A stretch of 64,000 nt of DNA, from the NCBI RefSeq assembly GCF_009914755.1, contig NC_060937.1; one strand, 5' to 3'. Every line of letters starts with the position of its first letter. The first letter of the stretch is position 1. The notes under the pieces are model-generated. The model saw nothing but the letters and a program-made list of their open reading frames with translations. It had not been told where the DNA came from and did no database searches. Position numbers and translations under genes: made by a program. Shown piece by piece: positions 56,490 to 64,000 of this stretch. The DNA is from the human T2T-CHM13v2.0 reference genome, Homo sapiens.

Positions 56490-59400
56490 TTTTATGGCTG
56501 CATAGTATTCCATGGTTTATATATACCACGGTTTCTTTACCCACTTGTTGACTGACAGGTATTTGGGCTGGTTCCACAATTTCGCAATTGTGAATTGTGC
56601 CACTATAAACATGCATGTGCAAGTGTCTTTTTCAAATAATGACTTCTTTTCCTCTGGGTAGATACCCAGTAGTGGGATTGCTGGATCAAATGGTAGTTCT
56701 ACTTCTAGTTCTTTAAGGAATCTCCACACTGTTTTCCATAGCAGCTATGCTAGTTTACATTCCCACAAGAAGTGTAGAAGTGTTCCCTGTTCACTGCATC
56801 CACGTCAACATCTACTGGTTTGTTGTTGTTGTTGTTGTTGTTATGGCCATTCTTGCAGGAATGAGCTGGTATCCCATTGTGGTTTTGATTTGCATTCCCC
56901 TGCTCATTAGTGATGTTAGGCATTTTTTCATGTTTCTTGGCCATTTGTATATCTTCTTTTGAGAATTGTCTATTCATGTCCTTAGCCCACTTTTTGATGG
57001 GACTGATTTTTTCTTATTGTTGAGTTCGTTGTAGATTCTGGACATTTGTCAGAATGTATAGACTGTGAAGTCCTTTGTCAGATGTATAGACTGTGAAGAT
57101 TTTCTCCCACTCTGTGGTTTGTGTGTTTACTTTGCTAACTGTTCCTTTTGTCATGCAAAAGCTCTTCAGTTTAATTAGGTCCCAGCTATTTATCTTTGTT
57201 TTTATTGATTTGCTTTTGAGTTTTGGTCATGAAATCCTTGCCTAAACCAATGTCTAGAAGGGTTTTTCCAATGTTATCTTGTAGAATTTTTATAGTTTCA
57301 GGTATCAGGTTTAAGTCCTTAGTCCATCTTGAGTTTTGTATAAGGTGAGAGATGAGGAACCAGTTTCATTCTCCTACATGTGGCTAGCCAATTATCCCAG
57401 CACCATTTGTTGAAAAGGGTGTCCTTTCCCCACTTTATGTTTTTGTTTGCCTTGTCAAAGATCAGTTGGCTGTTAAGTATTTGGGTTTATTTCTGGGTTC
57501 TCTATTCTGTTTCATTGGTCTATGTGCCTATTTTTGTACCAGTACAACACTGTTTTGGTGACTATGGCCTTATAGTTTGAAATCAGATAGTGTGATGCCT
57601 CCAGATTTGTTCTTTTTGCTTAGTCTTGATTTGGTTATGAGGGCTCTTTTTTTGGTTCCATATGAATTCTAGAATTGTTTTTTCTAATTCTGTGAAGAAT
57701 GATGGTGGTATTTTGATGGGAATTGCATTGAATTTGTAGATTGCTTTTGGCAGTATGGTCATTATTCACAACATTGATTCTACTCATCCATGAACATGGA
57801 ATGTGTTTCCATTTGTTCGTGTCATCTATTATTTCTTTCAGCCATGTTTTGTAGTTTTCCTTGTAGAAGTCTTTCAACTCCTTGGTTAGGTATAGTCCTA
57901 AATTTTTTTTTTTTTTTTTTTGCAGCTATTGTAAAAGTGGTTGAGTTCTTGATTTGATTTTCTGGCCACTGTTGGTGTATGGAAGAACTACTGATTTGTG
58001 TATATTAATCTTGTATCTGGAAACTTCGCTGGATTCTTTTATCAGTTCTAGAACCTTTCTGGAGGAGTCCTTAGGGTTTTCAAGGTAAACAATCATATCA
58101 TCAGCAAACAGTGACAGTTTGACTTCTTCTTTACTGATTTGGATGCCCTTTATTTCTTTCTCTTGTCTGATTGCTCTGGCTAGGACTTCCAGTACTATGT
58201 TGAAGAGTGGTGGTGAGAGTGGGCATCCTTGTCTTGTTCTCATCTTGTCAGATTCTCAGAGAGAATGCTTTCAAGTTTTCCCCATTCAGTGTTATGTTGG
58301 CTGTGGGTACGTCTTAGATGGCTTTTATTACATTAAGGTATGCCCCTTGTATGCTGATTTTGCTGAGAATTCTAATCATAAAGGGGTGCTGGATTTTTTT
58401 CAAAAGCTTTTTTTTGCATCTATTTAAATGATCATGTAATTTTTGTCTTAAATTATGTTTATGTGGTGTATCACATTTATTGACTTGTGTATGTTAAACC
58501 ATCCCTGCATCCCTGGTATGAAACCCACTTGATGATGGTGGATTATCTTTTCGATATGTTGTTGGATTCAGTTAGCTGGTATTTTGTTAAGGATTTTGGC
58601 ATCTATGTTCATCAAGGATATCGGTCTGTAGTTTTCTTTTTTGGCTATATTCTTTCTTGGTTTTGGTATTAGGGTGATGCTGGCTTCACAGAATGAATTA
58701 GGGAGGGTTCCTTCTTTCTCTATCTTGTGAAATAGTGTCAAAAGGATTGGGTATCAATTCTTCTTTGAATGCCTGGTAGAATTCTGCTGTGAATCGCTCT
58801 GGTCCTGGGCTTTTTTGTTGTTGGTAATCTTTTAATTACAATTTGAATCTCACTGCTTGCTATTGGTCTGTTCAGGGTATCTAACTCTTCCTGATTTAAG
58901 CTAGGAGGGTTGTATTTTTCCAGGAATTTATCCATCTCTTCTAATTTTCTAGTTTATGTGTGTAAAGGTGTTCACAGTAGCCTTGAATGATCTTTTGTAT
59001 TTCTGTGGTGTCAGTTGTAATATCTCCTGTTTCCTTTCTTAGTGAGGTTATTTGGATTTTCTCTCTTTTCTTGATTAATCTTGCCAATGGTCTATCAACT
59101 TTATTTATCTTTTCAAAGAACCGGCTTTTTTTTCCTTTATCTTTTATATTTTTTTGGTTTCTATTTCATTTAATTCTGCTCTGATCTTGGTTATTTCCTT
59201 TCTTCTGCTGGGTTTGAGCTTGGTTTGTTCTTGTTTCTCTAGTTCCTTAAAGTATGACCTTAGAATGTCAGTTTGTGCTCTTTCAGTCTTTTTGATGTAG
59301 GGGTTTTGGGTTATGCTTTCCTTTTAGCACTGCTTTTGCTGTATCCCAAAGGTTTTGATAGGTTGTGTCATTACTGTCGTTCAGTTTGAAGAATTTTTAA

Positions 59401-60198
59401 ATTTCCATCTTGATTTTGTTTCTGACCCAATGCTCATTCAGGAGCTGGTTATTTAATTTCCATGTATTTGCATGGTTTTGAAGGTTCCTTTTGGAGTTGA
59501 TTTCCAGTTTTATTCCACTGTGGTCTGACAGAGTGCTTGATATAATTTCGATTTTCTTAAATTTATTAAGGCTCATTTTATGGCCTATCATATGGTTTAC
59601 CTTGAAGAAAGTTCCATGCACTGTTGAATAGAATGTGTATTCTGCGGTTGTCGGATGAACTTTTCTGTATATATCTGTTAAGTCCATTTATTCCAAGGTA
59701 TAGTTTAAATCCATTGTTTCTTTGTTGACTTTCTGTCTTGATGACCTGCCTAGTGCTGTCAGTGGAGTATTGAAGTCCCACACTATTATTGTGTTGTTGT
59801 CTATCTCATTTCTTAGGTCTATTAGTCATAGTTTTATAAACTTGGGAGCTCCAGTGTTAGGTGCATGTATGTTTAGGATTGTGATATTTTCCTGTTGAAC
59901 AAGGACTTTTACCATTATATAACATCTCTGTCTCTTTTAACTGTTGTTGCTTTAAAGTTTGTTTTGTCTTATGTAAGAATTGCTACCCCAGCTCGTTTTT
60001 GGTGTCCATTTGCATGAAATGCCTTTTTCCACTCCTTTACTTAAGTTTATGTGAGTCCTTATGTGCGAGGTGAGTCTCCTGAAGGCAGCAGATGGTTGGT
60101 GAGTTCTTATCCATTCTGTGGTTCTTTCAAGTGGAGCATTTAGGCCATTTATATTCAATGTTAGTATTGAGATGTGAGGTACCATTGAATTCATCATG
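56490..60198 (-). pseudogene. Disrupted LINE-1 ORF2p (endonuclease-RT-C domain)
   Basis: HISILTLNINGLN start motif, [20 protein letters not shown] and LFADDM motifs broken by stops and frameshifts. Confidence 0.88.
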
Positions 60199-60381
60199 CT
60201 ATCTGTTGCCTGTGTACTTTGTTTCGTTTTGTTTTTTTGCTTTTTAACTTGTATTTTTGTTTTATAGGTCCTGTGTGATTTATGCTTTAAAGAGGTCCTG
60301 TTTTGATGTGTTTCCAGAATTTGTTTCAAGATTTAGAGGTCCTTTTAGCAGTTCCTGTAGTGGTGGTTTGGTAATGGCAAA

Positions 60382-61200
60382 TTATTTCAGCATTTGTTTG
60401 TCTGAAAAAGACTGTATCTTTCCTTCATATATAATGCTTAGTTTCACTGGATATAAAATTCTTGGCTGATAATTGTTTTGTTTGAGAAGGCTGAAGATAG
60501 GGTCCCAATCCCGTCTAGCTTGTAAGGTTTCTGCTGAGAAATCTGCTGTTAATCTGATAGGTTTTCCTTTATAGGTTACCTGGTGCTCCTGTCTCACAGC
60601 TCTTAAGATTCGTTCCTTCATCTTAACTTTGGATAACCTGATGACAATGTGCCTAGATGAATATCTGTTTGCAATAAATTTCCTGGGTGTTCTTTGTGCT
60701 TCTTGTTTTTGGATGTGTAGGTCTCTAGCAAGGCCAGGGAAGTCTTCTTCAATTATTCCCCCGAATATGTTTTCCAAGATCTTAGAATTCTCTTCTTCCT
60801 CAGGAAGACCAATTATTCTCAGGTTTGGTCATTTAACATAACCCCAGACTTCTTGGATGCTCTGTTCCTATTTTCTTATTCTTTTTTCTTTGTCTTTGTT
60901 GGATTGGGTTAATTCGAAGACCCTGTCTTCGAGCTGTGAGTTTCTTTCTTCTACTTGTTCAATTCTATTGCTGAGACTTTCCAGAGCAAAAATGTGTCCA
61001 AAGCTTCCTGAATCTTTGATTTTGTTTTCCTTTAAGCTATCTATTTCCTTGAATATTCCTCCCTTCACTTCTTCTATCATGTTTTGGATTTCCTTGCATT
61101 GGGCTTCGCCTTTCTCTGGTCCCTCCCTAATTAGCTTTATAACTAACCTCCTGAATTCTTTTTCAGGTAAATCAGGGATTTCTTTTTGGTTTGGATCCAT
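60382..61200 (-). pseudogene. Disrupted LINE-1 ORF1p
   Basis: MDPNQKEIPDLPEKEFRRLVIK... and ...QVTYKGKPIRLTADFSAETLQARRDW... in separate ORFs. Confidence 0.88.
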
Positions 61201-62690
61201 TGCTGGTGAACTGGTGTGATATTTTTGGGGGGTGTCGAAGAGCCTTGTTTTGTCATATTACCAGGGTTGTTTTTCTGGTTCCTTCTCATTTGGGTAGGCT
61301 CTGTCAGAGGGAAGGTCTAGGGCTGAAGGCCATTGTTCAGATTCTTTTGTCTCATGTGGTGTTCCCTTGATGTAGTACTCTCCCCCTTTTCCTATGGATG
61401 TGGCTTCCTGTGAGCCAAACTGCAGTAACTGTTGTCTGTCTTCTGAGTCTAGCCACCCAGCAAGTCTACCTGGCTCCAGGCTGGTAATGGGGGTTGTCTG
61501 CACAGAGTCCTGTGATGTGAACCATCTATGGGTCTCTCAGCTGGGATACCAGTGCCTGTTCTGGTGGAGGTGGCAGGGATGGGGATCAGGGATGCAATGG
61601 ACTCCATGAGGGTCCTTAGCTTTGGTGGTTTAATGGTCTATTTTTGTGCTGGTTAGCCTCCTGCCAGGAGGTAGCACTTTCCAGAGAGCGTCAGCTGTGG
61701 TAGTATGGGAAGGAATGGGTGGTGGGGTGGGGTCCTAGAATTCCTAAGATTATATGCCCTTTATCTTCCGCTACTAGGGTGGGTAGGGAAGGACCATTAG
61801 GTCGGGGCAGGGCTAGGCATGTCTGAGCTCAGACTTTCCTTGGGAGGGTCTTGCTGAGGCTACTTTCAGGGATGGGGGTGAGACTCCCAGGTCACTGGAG
61901 TTGTCTACCTAGAAGGATTATGGCTGCCTCTGCTGAGTCATTGCAGGTTGTCACGGAAGTGGGGAAAGTCAGTAGTCACAGGCCTTACCCAGCTCCCACA
62001 CAAACCGAAGGGCCAGTCTCACTGCCACCATGCCCCCCTCAACAGCCCCACGTCTGTTTCCAGGCAGAGAGCAATACGAGTCTGAAAACCTGCCCCAGGA
62101 TACCTGCCTCCAACTACGAAAGAAAAGGGTTTGGTTTTTTGCCTGCCTGTGGAGTCTGCACACCGGATTTGCGCCCTCCTTTGAATTCTGGCCAGGAGGC
62201 TTCTCATCCCGTTCAAATTGTTACAAAGTTCAGCTAGAGATGTCCTTCTCCCTGTGTGGTTTTACCCCCTGCTCGTCTCCTGTTGGATCCCCATGGTGCC
62301 AGGCAGGAATGGCCTGCTAGGGGACCCAGTGAGTTCCCAGGGCCCTTCTCACTGTTTCCTCTACTCCTGTATTTTGCTCAGCTCTCCAAACTGACTCAGC
62401 TCCAGGTAAACTCGGAAACTTCTTCCACGAACAGACCTTCAGCTTCTCCAGTGGGAGTGTGTGTTCGGGAGAGGATGGTCTCACTTTCACGGTTGGGGCA
62501 CTCAACAGTTTTGCGGGGTGGTATCCCGGGTCCACTTCCTTCAGAGGGTGTGTGGGTCCTCTTGGGATGGCTGGTTTGCTCTTGCGGTCGATCTGGAGCT
62601 AAAATTCACAGTGTGAGTCCCCGCACACTGCTCTGTCCAGAGATGCAATCTAGTCCTGCCTCCCATCTGCCATGATGATCCCGCTCCTCC

Positions 62691-64000
62691 TTTTCATTGT
62701 TGAACACTATTCTATGATATGTGTATATCATAATTTGTTTAACCATTTGCCCATTGAAAGACATCAGGGTTTTTTCCAATTTTTGAATATTGTAAATAAA
62801 GCTGCTATGAATATTTGTGTACAAATTTTTGTGTAAATGTAAGTATTCATTTCTCCAAGATAAATGCCCAGGAATGCCATTATTGGTCTGTATGATAGTT
62901 GCGTGTTTAGTTCTTTATGAAACTGTCAAATCATTTTTCAGGGTGGCTGTACCATTTTACATTCCCACCAGCAATGTAGGGATTTAGTTCCTCTGCATCT
63001 TGCTAGCATTTGATGTTGTCAGTAGTTTTTATTTTACTTATTCTGATTCATATATAGTGATACTCATTGTGATTTTAACTTGCATTCTTGTAATGACTAA
63101 TGATGTTCAGCATCTCTTAATAGGCTTATTGGCCATCTCTATATACTCTTCAGTAAAATATTTCTTTGTGTCTTTTTCCTATTTTTTAACTGAATTGTTT
63201 TTTACTGTTGACTTTTGAGAGTTCTTTATATATTCTAGGGTACTAGTCCTTTCTCAGATATCTGCTTTGCAAATATTTTCTCCGAATCCATAGCTTATAT
63301 TTTCATCTACTCACCAAGGTCTTTTGCAGAGCAAAATTTTTAATTTTAATGAAGTGAAATTTTTCCTTGCTTTGATATGAAGTCTAAGAACTTTTTCTAT
63401 TTTTAGATACCAAAGATTTTTTCGTATTTTTCCAATAGTTTTATAGTTTTGTGATTCACATTAAGTCCATAATCCATTTCGAATTTTTACATAAGGTGTG
63501 CTACTGAGAATGAAGTTCATTTTTTTGCCCATGGATATCAAATTGCTCCAGAACCATTTATTTAAAGAGCATCTTGTCTCTAGTGAATTGAATTTGCACC
63601 TCTGTCAAAAATCATGCAAATATGCACTTCTGTTCATATTTGTGTGGGTCTTTACCTGTGTTCTCTATTTTCTTACAGTGATATATCTCTATCCATCACC
63701 AACCACAGTCTTGATTACTGTATCTACATAATCTCATAAAATTGCCTAGACTAAGTCCTTCCACTTTTTAAAAATTGTTCAAAATATTCCAGTTCCTTTG
63801 CCAATCCACAAAGGACTTAGAATAATTTTGTTGACATCCTCAAAAAATATTCTTGGGATTTTGATAGGAATTGCTACCAATATCTACATATCAGCTTGGG
63901 GAGAAGTGACATCTTCCACTCCATAAACATGGTATGTCTCTTTGTTTACTTAAATCCTTTTTATTTCTTTCATCAGTATTGTATAGTATTCAGCATGCAT
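62691..64000 (-). mobile_element. Older L1M (L1MC/MB-like) ORF2 region, host of the L1PB; runs off the window
   Basis: 'gtggctgtaccattttacattcccaccagcaatg', 'tttgcaaatattttctcc', 'gggattttgataggaattgc'. Confidence 0.85.

Larger units (their letters stand above)
56470..62690 (-). mobile_element. Near-full-length L1PB (L1PB1-like) lacking its 3' UTR and A-tail
   Basis: 5' start (sense) 'gatcatcatggcagatgggaggcaggactagattgc'; ORF1 pieces 60868-61200 and 60382-60777; ORF2 pieces 59397-59687 (endonuclease), 57926-58243 ([15 protein letters not shown]), 56517-56729 (C-terminal). Confidence 0.93.

Noticed and set aside
61850-62680. GC/CpG-richer region with several ORFs, possible host promoter
   Set aside because: It is the 5' UTR of the L1PB element.

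Overview
AT-rich primate genomic DNA, almost certainly human because it carries an Alu with all five AluYa5 diagnostic bases at 19902-20208. It is intronic or intergenic. I recognise no host protein-coding exon, tRNA, rRNA or known small-RNA gene. Nearly all ORFs in the track are Alu/L1/LTR read-throughs or chance frames. Roughly half the window is interspersed repeat: about 11 Alus, two old L1MA-type elements with both ends retained but internal rearrangements (817-3218, 37882-46040), a near-full-length L1PB (56470-62690), L1PA 3' fragments, MaLR LTRs, L2/MIR/L3 and hAT MITEs. The most notable structure is an L1PA-mediated 3' transduction: a 17-bp TSD brackets about 1 kb of L1PA plus about 1.25 kb of carried-along flank with its own AATAAA and short A-tail (40854-43149). 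Other points of interest are a triple-deleted L1MA whose target site occurs three times, an internal L1 inversion, a repeat-free block with clustered TGACAG (MEIS/PBX-type) motifs at 12.3-13.3 kb, several candidate non-coding exons on both strands, and a palindromic (TA/TAGA) satellite. I see no evidence for a wholly new biological system. Subfamily names come from recalled consensus sequences, not a RepeatMasker run, and old-repeat boundaries are approximate.
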